Positions 16,902 through 25,070 of a stretch of 32,000 nucleotides of DNA are shown one piece after another. Positions within the stretch are counted from its first letter, which is position 1. Every line of letters begins with the position of its first letter. The position numbers and the translations under genes were made by a program. Origin of the DNA: Candidatus Electrothrix yaqonensis (lineage in GTDB: Bacteria > Desulfobacterota > Desulfobulbia > Desulfobulbales > Desulfobulbaceae); assembly GCA_047651235.1 (NCBI GenBank), contig CP178758.1:780001-812000 (forward strand), in the 5' to 3' direction. The notes beneath the pieces are model-generated. The model did not search any database. It was given only the letters and a program-made list of their open reading frames with translations, and was not told where the DNA came from.

Positions 16902-18251
16902 ATGGCGTTAACCGGTATACAGATTCTCAAGATGCTGCCCAAGACGAACTGCGGCAAGTGCGGCATCCCCACATGTCTTGCCTTTGCCATGAAAGTGGCT
17001 GCCGGGCAGGTTGAGATTGAGACATGCCCTGATGTAAGTGAAGAGGCAAAGGCCACTATCGGCGAGGCGTCAGCACCGCCGATCCGGACCGTCAAAATCG
17101 GTGCCGGTGATGCTCTGTTTACCGTCGGTGGCGAGACTTGCCAGTTTCGGCATGAAAAACGCTTTGAAAATCAGACCGGGCTTGCCGTCCTGATTGCTAC
17201 GGACGAGGATGCGGCCTCGGTGGACGGCAAGCTCAAGCGGGCCAATGATTTGGAGTACGAGCGTGTCGGCGTGATGATGCGCAATAATCTGGTTGCGATC
17301 AAGGATAACGGCGGTGCCTCGCTGGCTGACATGGCGAAAAAGGTCATGGAGGCGGCTCCCAAGCAGGCCATTATCCTGATGAGCGATAATGTTGATAACC
17401 TCAAGGCAGGTGCCGAAGCATGCGGCGACAATCAGCCGCTGCTCTACGGTGCAACCGGCGAGAATGCGGAGGCCTTTGCCGACCTTGCCAAGGAGACCGG
17501 CTGCGTCATCGGTGTGAAGGGCAAGAATCTGGATGACTTGGTGGAGACGGCAGACAAGCTGATCGCCGCCGGAGTCAAGGATATGATCATTGACTCCGGA
17601 GCCCGGACGCTTCGCGGAGCTTTTGAAGATAATGTCGTGGCGCGACGCTCTGCAGTTAAAGAAAAATTCAAGGCGCTCGGCTTCCCGACCATCACCTTCC
17701 CCTGTGAGATGTGTGATGACCTGATGATGGAGGCCATGATCGGCTCTGTACTGATGGCCAAGTATGCGGGCATCACCGTGTTCTCCGACATTCAGGGGGA
17801 TGTGCTGTTTCCGCTCCTGCTGGAGCAGCTCAACATCTTCACTGATCCGCAGCGGCCTATGGTCGTGGCTGAGGATATCTACCCGATCACCGGGCCGGAT
17901 GAGAATTCACCGGTGCTGATCACCTGTAACTTCTCGCTCACCTACTTTATTGTTTCCGGTGAAATTGAAGGCTCCAAGGTACCGAGCTGGCTGCTGATCA
18001 AGGATACTGAAGGTCTGTCCGTGTTGACTGCTTGGGCCGCTGGTAAATTCGGTGCTGATCTGATCGCCATGTTTGTGAACAAGTCCGGTATTGCGGACAA
18101 GGTCAAGCATCGGGAGCTGATCATTCCGGGTTATCTGGCCACCATCAAGGGTGAGCTGGAAGAAGAGCTGCCTGATTGGACCATCACCATCGGGCCGCGT
18201 GAGGCCGGGCATCTGCCTGCCTTCCTCAAAGAGTGGAAACCGGCAGCATAG
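16902..18251 (+). CDS. acsC: Corrinoid iron-sulfur protein large subunit (AcsC/CdhE type)
   Basis: 449 aa. It has the N-terminal 4Fe-4S motif LPKTNCGKCGIPTCLAFAMKVA...CP and the C-terminal corrinoid-binding region LITCNFSLTYF...WLLIKDTEGLSVLTAWAAGKF. An AGGAGG RBS is present. Confidence 0.92.
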   Translation: MALTGIQILKMLPKTNCGKCGIPTCLAFAMKVAAGQVEIETCPDVSEEAKATIGEASAPPIRTVKIGAGDALFTVGGETCQFRHEKRFENQTGLAVLIATDEDAASVDGKLKRANDLEYERVGVMMRNNLVAIKDNGGASLADMAKKVMEAAPKQAIILMSDNVDNLKAGAEACGDNQPLLYGATGENAEAFADLAKETGCVIGVKGKNLDDLVETADKLIAAGVKDMIIDSGARTLRGAFEDNVVARRSAVKEKFKALGFPTITFPCEMCDDLMMEAMIGSVLMAKYAGITVFSDIQGDVLFPLLLEQLNIFTDPQRPMVVAEDIYPITGPDENSPVLITCNFSLTYFIVSGEIEGSKVPSWLLIKDTEGLSVLTAWAAGKFGADLIAMFVNKSGIADKVKHRELIIPGYLATIKGELEEELPDWTITIGPREAGHLPAFLKEWKPAA

Positions 18252-18371
18252 CAAGGGCTGGCGGTGCAGTTTTGCTTTGTACAATACAGCCCTGTCGTCC
18301 ATCGGATGATGGGGCTGTTTGGTGTGGGGATATCTATAGGAAATAAGGAGGTAAAGTTGAATTATTGAAAA

Positions 18372-18499
18372 ATGAGCCTGCAATTTACAACCGGATAAAA
18401 GTAAAGTCGATAGCAATCTCAAAAAAACATAAAGTCGGTTTTGAAGAGGCTTCCAGCGTTTTCAGAGAGCCTCTGGCTCCTGATTTTGTAACGAAATAA
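18372..18499 (+). pseudogene. BrnT/DUF497-family toxin remnant (N-terminal ~40 codons, frameshifted)
   Basis: Not in the ORF track. NLQPDKSKVDSNLKK runs into a stop at an A7 run, then continues in another frame as KKHKVGFEEASSVFREPLAPDFVTK*. This resembles the WDxxKxxxNxxKHGVSFEEAxxVFxDPLA start of BrnT toxins. Confidence 0.45.
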
Positions 18500-18514
18500 T
18501 GAGGCTTGATTTTT

Positions 18515-18659
18515 GGTAGTGCCCCTCTTGAGTGTTGTTAAAATGAAAATTACGTAATCATAAGGAGTTGTCCCGCCGAAGACATAAGCCATAAAGTGAG
18601 TCGTTTTAGAGAGCTGCTGGCGTTTTTAGACTTCAACAACACTCAACAAGGTGACTACC
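18515..18659. repeat. Imperfect ~25-bp inverted repeats flanking a 95-bp core (MITE-like or structured-RNA candidate)
   Basis: Left arm GGTAGTGCCCCTCTTGAGTGTTGTT (18515-18539). Right arm AACAACACTCAACAAGGTGACTACC (18635-18659). 21 of 25 positions are complementary, including a 12-nt perfect inner block. The core contains the palindrome ATTACGTAAT. Confidence 0.5.
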
Positions 18660-18898
18660 TGATTTTGAATCATTTGTTTATATGAATTTATGGGGCTTGA
18701 AATGCATTGTCGTTGTCGAAAATATTATTATCTCTCAATCAATGGTTCGGTAATTTTTCCTGCGTTGGATACCTTTCTGGTGCTAGCCGATTGAACATAT
18801 TGAATTTGCTAAATTAAAATTTATTTACCGAACTATTGTTAATACAGAACTATCTATATTCACTATCGTTATAATTCATCTTTTCAAGGTAGCGCCCT

Positions 18899-19909
18899 GT
18901 GATTGTTGAGAAAATTTTTAATATAATAGTTGGTATTTGTGGATTATTAGCTTTCGCTATCACAATAGGAGGTATATACTATACCTTCGTACATATCCCA
19001 TCGCCTACAGGAATCAATAAAGATTTAATAAAAATTATATATGTACTCGGAACAGCTATAGTTACATTAGTAGCTTCTTTTCTGTTTTTGTCATTCATTT
19101 CATTCTATTACATAATAAAACTGCAAGAAAAATTAGGTAAGCTTCCTATAGAAAATAAACAACAAGAAGGCATCATTATTTCTAAGCAAAGAATGTTAAG
19201 AAATATAACAGCATCTCTGCACAATATAACACATCATCATAGAAATATAATTATCCTTTTGGAGGGAGCGATAAACGATTTAAAAGAAGATGCGCATAGC
19301 CTAGACGATAAAAAGTGTGAAAAAATTTGCAATAAATTTGAAAGATATATCTGTTTAGTTTTAATGAACATCAACTCAACTATGAGTGTTATGACTCAAG
19401 ATGAGTGTTCAACTTGTATAAAAATAATAAAAGATAATAAAGTAAAAACTTACTTTAGAGACTCAAATTCTTATAGAGAGAGAAGATACTCTGATTATAC
19501 ACAAAAAGGAGAATATAATATATATGATATTTCTGAAAACACAGCATTTCATTCAATTGCAGATCCGAATACAAAAGCTTCATTTTTTGTGTCTGATAAT
19601 TTAGAAGAATATTCAAATTACGATAATAAAAATCCAAATTGGAAAACTTTATATAATGCAACTATAGTGGTTCCAATCCAATTTAAAATAAAAGAAATTT
19701 TTAAAAATGAAGCGTATGTAGTAGGCTTTATATGCTGTGATAATTTCAGAGGAAGATTTGAATCAAAAGAGGTTAAAGATTTCCTTTCTTCAATAGGGGA
19801 TTCATTGTATAGTTTGTTCTTTTTATATGATTGTTATTATAAATTATGTACAGAAAAAGGATTTAATAATGGAAGGCTACGAAAATATGGTAAATGGGAC
19901 ATATGTTGA
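18899..19909 (+). CDS. Very AT-rich orphan: two-TM N-terminus plus a cytoplasmic GAF-like domain
   Basis: 336 aa with a GTG start. TM segments are IIVGICGLLAFAITIGGIYYTFV and IIYVLGTAIVTLVASFLFLSFISFYYII. The C-terminal YNATIVVPIQFK...AYVVGFICCDNFRGRFE...FLSSIGDSLYSLF resembles the core strands and helix of GAF domains. Confidence 0.55.
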   Translation: MIVEKIFNIIVGICGLLAFAITIGGIYYTFVHIPSPTGINKDLIKIIYVLGTAIVTLVASFLFLSFISFYYIIKLQEKLGKLPIENKQQEGIIISKQRMLRNITASLHNITHHHRNIIILLEGAINDLKEDAHSLDDKKCEKICNKFERYICLVLMNINSTMSVMTQDECSTCIKIIKDNKVKTYFRDSNSYRERRYSDYTQKGEYNIYDISENTAFHSIADPNTKASFFVSDNLEEYSNYDNKNPNWKTLYNATIVVPIQFKIKEIFKNEAYVVGFICCDNFRGRFESKEVKDFLSSIGDSLYSLFFLYDCYYKLCTEKGFNNGRLRKYGKWDIC

Positions 19910-20082
19910 CAAGACAAAGGCTAAACAAGATTCTTTACAATTTTTTTTAGCTCCCACTCCTTATTATAAATCCTCAATATCCAAAGAGATAAAAAAGGAC
20001 AATATTCAAACGATGTGGAAAAAAATTAAAAATGCAATTAAATTAATATGTTAACAGGGCAGGATGCATTTGCGCACCAATC

Positions 20083-20511
20083 ATGGCATTAATTAGTTAT
20101 AGTCTTTATCATTCAGCGATAGCTGTCAATATAAGCGGTGAACTGGTCAAGCAGAAGGAGTTCAGGGCGCATTCCGAACTGACAACGGTGATTGACGGGG
20201 TCGATTATCAACCGGACATTTCGGTTTATAAAAGGAAGAAACTGCATTATATAAGCGAGCAGGATGAAACGAAAACGCAGGAACTTCCGCTGCTCGCTAT
20301 AGAAATCGTCTCACCCAGTCAGACGATGAATGAGTTGATCAAGAAAGCTGACTTTTATGTCCAGTCCGGTATTCATTCTGTCTGGATAGTGCATCCGCAG
20401 ACACATAGTATTACAGTAAAAACACAAAGCGAAACAAGCATTTATCACGAGGGGCTGTTGGAGGATATAACCGGTATTAAAGCTGATCTTGCTGTTATCT
20501 TTGAGGATTAA
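20083..20511 (+). CDS. Uma2-family (DUF820) PD-(D/E)xK endonuclease, short form
   Basis: 142 aa. Contains YQPDISVY ... LLAIEIVSPSQ ... KKADFYVQSGIHSVWIVHPQ, the Uma2 signature. Confidence 0.8.
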   Translation: MALISYSLYHSAIAVNISGELVKQKEFRAHSELTTVIDGVDYQPDISVYKRKKLHYISEQDETKTQELPLLAIEIVSPSQTMNELIKKADFYVQSGIHSVWIVHPQTHSITVKTQSETSIYHEGLLEDITGIKADLAVIFED

Positions 20512-20520
20512 GTTTTTTGT

Positions 20521-21054
20521 ATGAAAAAATTCACGTTGACTTCCTTGAAAAGGGAGCTGAGAGAGAAGACAAAAGAAGAATTAATCAAAGAGATCAGTTT
20601 GCTCTGCAAGAAGTTTCCACAAGTGAAGGGATATTATCAGGCTCAGGCAGGTGATGTTCAGGAGATTGTTGCAAAATGTAAGAAGATAATTGAGAAGGAA
20701 TTTATTGACGGGAAAACAAGAGGTCTGCCAAAGGCAAGGTTGTCGGTAGCGAAGAAAGCAATAAGAGATTTCAACAGATTAGTTGATAATGTAGAACTGA
20801 CCGCCGGGATGATGTTCACGTATACCGAAAGTGTCTCGCAGTTTAACTCTCGGTTTGCTCCTGATACTGAAGAGTTCTATACCGAACCTGAAGATATGTT
20901 CGAAGAGGCTCTGGAACTCTTAGCTCAACATAACCTTCTGGCCAAGTTTAAAAACAGAGCCTGTAAAATTGTTGCAGGTTCGACTGAGGGATGGGGTCAC
21001 CGTGATTCTTTGCAGGAGAGATACGAGGCTGTCTATGGCGAACAAGTTTATTAA
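20521..21054 (+). CDS. Conserved hypothetical protein (resembles the family I recall as DUF6155; unverified)
   Basis: 177 aa. Contains LKRELREKTKEELIKEISLLCKKFPQVKGYY ... LPKARLSVAKKAIRDF ... NLLAKFKNR. It starts 9 nt after the Uma2 gene. Confidence 0.65.
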   Translation: MKKFTLTSLKRELREKTKEELIKEISLLCKKFPQVKGYYQAQAGDVQEIVAKCKKIIEKEFIDGKTRGLPKARLSVAKKAIRDFNRLVDNVELTAGMMFTYTESVSQFNSRFAPDTEEFYTEPEDMFEEALELLAQHNLLAKFKNRACKIVAGSTEGWGHRDSLQERYEAVYGEQVY

Positions 21055-21178
21055 CATGAATCCGTGCTGGTTCCTGATAAATTACTATATCCCGTGCCTA
21101 CACGGGACAACCTGTATTTCTGCGCCAGAGACTGATAAAAAATATACTTTAACCATTAAATAACTACTGGAGACTGCA

Positions 21179-24100
21179 ATGGGAAAAGGAATGGAACACA
21201 GGGCCGGATCAGTCATGGTCGTGGGCGGCGGTATCGCGGGAATTCAGACCGCCCTTGATCTGACAGAACTGGGCTATTATGTCTACCTGCTGGAAAAAGC
21301 ACCGGTTGTCGGCGGGGTTATGGCTCAGCTGGACAAGACCTTTCCGACCAATGACTGCTCTCTTTGAATACTCGCGCCCAAGCTGGTAGAGGCCGGTCGG
21401 TCTCCAAACATAGAGATGCTCACCAATGCCGATTTATTGGCATTGAACGGAAAGCCCGGTGATTTTACGGTTACGGTCCGTAAACGCCCACGCTATATTG
21501 ATGCGGACAAGTGTACAGCCTGCGGGCTCTGCACTCAGTATTGTCCCAAACATCTTTCTGATGCCTACAACGAAGGATTGGCCCTGACCCGGCCTATCCA
21601 TATTGATTACGCCCAGGCAGTGCCTGCGACCTACTATATTGATCCTTCGGCCTGTCTGCATGTCCAGCATGAAACCTGCCAGATCTGCGTGCCGGTCTGC
21701 CAGAGTCATGCCATTGACTTCACCCAGCAGGCGGAAGAGGTCGAGGTCAAAGTCGGGGCGATGGTGCTGTCTCCCGGTTTCGGTCGGATTGATGACGCCA
21801 CCTTGGAAAAATATTCCTATGGCAAACACCCGGATGTGGTCACGGCAGTTGAGTTCGAGCGCATGACTACAGCCTCCGGTCCATTCATGGGCGAGGTAAA
21901 ATGCTTCTCCGACGGTCGGCATCCCAAATCCATCGCCTTTATTCAATGCGTCGGGTCCAGAGATCTGGGCTGTGACAACGGCTACTGCTCCTCGGTCTGC
22001 TGTATGTACGCCATCAAGGAAGCAATGGTGGCCAAGGAGCATGACCCGGAAGTGGATATCACCATCTACTACATGGACATCCGTACCCAGGGCAAGGAGT
22101 TTGATAAGGCCCGGCAACGGGCGGAGAACATGGGGGTGAAGTTTGTCCGGGCCAGGGTTGCCGGGGTAACGCCTTGGGAGAAGCACCTGCAGCTGACCTA
22201 TTCCACTCTAGACGGTCAGCATGCGTTCAAGGCCTTTGACATGGTTGTACTTTCCGTCGGCCTGGAAGCGCCCAAGGATGCCAAAGGTATTGCCGATACC
22301 ACCGGTATTACTCTGAACAAATACGATTTTGCCCAGTCCGAGACCTTTACCCCGCTGAACACCAGCGTCGAGGGCGTGGTGGTGGCCGGGGCCTTCCAGG
22401 GACCCAAGGATATTCCTGAATCCGTTACCCAGGCATCAGCGGCAGCCGGGCTGGTCGCCGGGATGCTGGAGAAGCAGCGTGGTCAGGGGATCATCCACAA
22501 GTCCTATCCGGATGAAAAGCCGATGGACGAGGAGGTCCGCATCGGGGTCTTTGTTTGCCATTGCGGCATCAACATTGCCTCGGTAGTAGATGTCCACAAG
22601 GTGGAGGACTCGGTCGAGGGCATGGAATGGGTGGTCTATCATACTGATTCTCTCTACTCCTGCTCGGCAGATGCAGTGCAGACCCTCAAGAATCGGATCA
22701 TTGAGCATAAGCTGAACCGGGTGGTGATTGCGGCCTGTTCACCGCGGACCCATGAGCCGCTTTTCCAGGAAACTCTGCGGGATGCGGGCCTGAACCGCTG
22801 CCTGATCGAGATGGTCAATATCCGCGATCAATGTTCCTGGGTTCATGCCGGAGAGCCGGTCGCAGCCACAATCAAGTCCGAGGATCTGGTGCGCATGGCA
22901 GTGGCCAAGGCCCGAGGAATGCAGCCTCTGCCGGAGCAGACCGTGCCGGTCACGCCCAAGGCCCTGATCATCGGGGCAGGCATTGCCGGAATGACGGTTG
23001 CTCTGACCTTGGCCAAACAGGGCTTTGACTCTGTTCTGGTGGAAAAGGGCGAGAAACTCGGCGGCAGCCTCGGGCTGCTCAACCATACCCTGGATGCCGA
23101 TGCAACCGCAGGCCATCTGCAGCAACTGGTGGCCGAGGTCGAAGAAAATGAGCATATTGATGTGCTGACCAATGCCGAGCTGAAGGACTTCTCCGGTTTT
23201 ATCGGCAACTTTTCCTCAGTGCTGGCAGAAAAGGACGGCCAGGAGCATACGGTAGACCACGGCGTCATCGTGCTGGCCACCGGCGGTCATGAACACCGGC
23301 CTGATGGCTACCTGCTGGAAGAGAACGACAAGGTGGTCACCCAGACCGAGCTGGAGCAGCAGCTGGCCGGGACCGGCAAGGCGCCGGAATCGATTGTCAT
23401 GATCCAGTGCGCCGGTTCGCGAGGCGATGACCTGAACTACTGTTCCAAGGTCTGCTGCAACCATGCGGTCAAGAATGCACTCAAGATCAAGGAGCTGAAT
23501 CCGGCCAGTCAGGTAGTTGTCCTGTACCGGGATATGCGGACCTACAGCTATGCCGAGGATGCCTATCGCGAGGCCCGGCTCAAGGGCGTGATCTTTATCC
23601 CCTACGAGCTGGACCGGAAACCGGAGATTTCTGTCAAAGGAAAGGGCAAAAAGCTGACCGTCAACTTCTTTGACAGCCTGCTGCAGGAAGATGTGCAGAT
23701 GACCCCTGAAATGGTAGCCTTGTCTGTGGGGATTGTCCCGGACAGCACCGAAGACCTGAGCAAGCTGCTCAAGGCACCGCTCACTGATGACCGTTTCTTT
23801 TTGGAAGCCCATGTCAAGCTGCGGCCCGTGGAACTGCCGGTCTCCGGGGTCTATGTCTGCGGTCTGGCCCATGCCCCTAAGCCGGTGGATGAGACCATTG
23901 CCCAGGCCCAGGCTGCTGCTGCCAAAGCGGCTATCCCGCTGGTCAAAGGCAAGGTGACCATTGACCCGATTGTCTCGGTGGTCCAGCAGAACAAGTGCAT
24001 CGGCTGCGGTATCTGCGCCAGCCTCTGTCCCTTTGGAGCCATTGAGATGATCAAAGTGGAGAAGAAGCGCAAGGCCCAAACCATTGCTGCTTCCTGCAAA

Positions 24101-24229
24101 GCCTGCGGTATCTGTTCCAGCCATTGCCCGACCTTTGCCATCTCTATGGGCGGGTTCACCAATGAACAGATCATGGAGCAGATTGCTGCCTTCGGCCAGG
24201 TGACGGCAAAGGAGCCGGTTGAGGCGTAA
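21179..24229 (+). CDS. hdrA: Heterodisulfide reductase subunit A-like flavoprotein, tandem (two-module) form, selenocysteine-containing (TGA at 21365-21367 read as Sec)
   Basis: ORFs 21179..21367 and 21416..24229 share one frame. Read through the TGA, the sequence is [24 protein letters not shown], matching the conserved HdrA FPTNDCSxCILxPK motif with Sec in place of Cys. There are two dinucleotide-binding motifs ([13 protein letters not shown] and [13 protein letters not shown]) and ferredoxin-type CxxCxxCxxxCP motifs. Confidence 0.9.
21389..21404 (+). promoter_or_regulatory. Candidate bacterial SECIS apical hairpin for the hdrA UGA
   Basis: GAGGCC-GGUC-GGUCUC is a 6-bp stem (one G-U pair) with a GGUC loop at 21395-21398, 30-33 nt after the UGA. 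The loop resembles the GGUC apical loop of the E. coli fdhF SECIS. The lower stem is not obvious. Confidence 0.4.
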
Positions 24230-24240
24230 TGGTATATCGT

Positions 24241-24264
24241 AGGGGCGGTTCGCGAACCGCCCCT
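24241..24264. repeat. Palindromic REP-like element AGGGGCGGTTCGCGAACCGCCCCT after the hdrA stop
   Basis: Perfect 24-nt palindrome. The 22-nt core is identical to 10299-10320. Confidence 0.75.
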
Positions 24265-24306
24265 GCAGCTTGATCTGAAACAACAACATCTACATGAGGT
24301 GTTTTA

Positions 24307-24906
24307 ATGAATAACGATTTCTCTCCCAGAATCCTGGGCTTTCTCTGCAACTGGTGCTGCTATGCCGCAGCCGATGCGGCCGGGGTCTCCCGGTTTCAGT
24401 ATCCGCCCAACCTGCGTACCATCCGGGTGATGTGTACGGGCCGGGTTGATCCGGCCTTTATCCTGCGCGGTTTTATTGAGGGTGCAGACGGCATCTTCAC
24501 CGGCGGTTGACAGCATGGCGAATGTCATTACCAGGTAGGTAATTACGATGCTATGGGTGTGGATGCGCTGGTCCGAAAGGTGCTGGAGGAAGTGGGCATC
24601 CGCAAGGAACGATATGATCTGCAATGGGCTTCAGCAGCGGAAGCGCCGCGCTTTGTCAAGCTGATTACGGACTTTACCGATCGGATGCGGGAATTCGGTC
24701 CGCTGGGTGAGGCGGAAGGTCTGTCTCAGGAGGAGATCAAGGAGCGGCTGGAAAAAGCCTTGGCTGCGGTCTCGGATCAGAAGGTCCGGGTTAGCTTTGG
24801 TAATGCTGCCAAGGCCGTGCGCAAGGATGCGGTTTGGACACCGGAACATATTAACGAGGTGGTCACCACCAAGATGGCTAAGTCTTTGGAGAAGGCTTTG
24901 ACCTGA
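24307..24906 (+). CDS. mvhD: MvhD-like (methyl-viologen-reducing hydrogenase delta subunit family) protein, selenocysteine-containing (TGA at 24508-24510 read as Sec)
   Basis: ORFs 24307..24510 and 24553..24906 share one frame. Read-through gives GADGIFTGG-U-QHGECHYQVGNYDA, matching the MvhD GGCxxGxCHYxxGN motif with Sec at the first Cys. The N-terminal FLCNWCCYAAAD is also typical. Confidence 0.9.
24513..24551 (+). promoter_or_regulatory. Candidate SECIS stem-loop for the mvhD UGA
   Basis: The apical stem is AUUACC (24527-24532) with GGUAAU (24538-24543) and loop AGGUA. The lower pairs are UGU/ACG and GCAU (24513-24516) with AUGC (24548-24551). The GGU in the loop is 19-21 nt after the UGA. 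Confidence 0.5.
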
Positions 24907-24939
24907 TGTAGCTTAAGACATTTTTTAGTAAATTTGTGA

Positions 24940-24977
24940 AGCGGTACAGCCCTGCATGGGTTGTACCGCTTTTTTTA
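24940..24977 (+). terminator. Rho-independent terminator ending the hdrA-mvhD unit
   Basis: AGCGGTACA (24940-24948) pairs perfectly with TGTACCGCT (24962-24970) and runs directly into a T7 tract. Confidence 0.8.
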
Positions 24978-25070
24978 TGTAGCATGCAAGAAAATGCTTG
25001 ACAAATTATAAAATATATTAAGAATATTCTTTTTATAAAGTCAAGATATAGCTGGAGCAATATAAACTGA

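Noticed and set aside
18604-18630. GTTTTAGAGAGCTGCTGG resembles the start of type II-A CRISPR repeats (GTTTTAGAGCTA...)
   Set aside because: It is a single copy. There is no repeat-spacer periodicity, no cas genes and no tracrRNA-like partner in the window, so the match is most likely coincidental.
21365-21367. Reading the TGAs at 21365 and 24508 as true stops, giving a 62-aa and a 67-aa gene plus N-terminally truncated hdrA/mvhD, or calling them pseudogenes
   Set aside because: Both TGAs replace a strictly conserved Cys in family motifs, and the frame and homology continue immediately. The downstream ATG-initiated ORFs would lack essential N-terminal FAD/Cys motifs. Selenocysteine is the simpler explanation.
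23349-23359. AGCTGGAGCAG inside hdrA matches the IS630/MITE TIR core
   Set aside because: It is an 11-nt match within conserved coding sequence (ELEQQ), with no partner repeat or TA duplication. It is a chance match.
23216-24289. 357-aa minus-strand ORF inside hdrA
   Set aside because: It is antisense to hdrA and has no recognisable domain.
24990-25049. AT-rich quasi-palindromic stretch (CTTGAC...AAGAATATTCTT...GTCAAG) with a TTGACA box just before the IS630 insertion
   Set aside because: It could be an operator or promoter for a gene displaced by the IS, but no downstream gene remains. There is also no convincing -10 box at proper spacing, so it is not callable.
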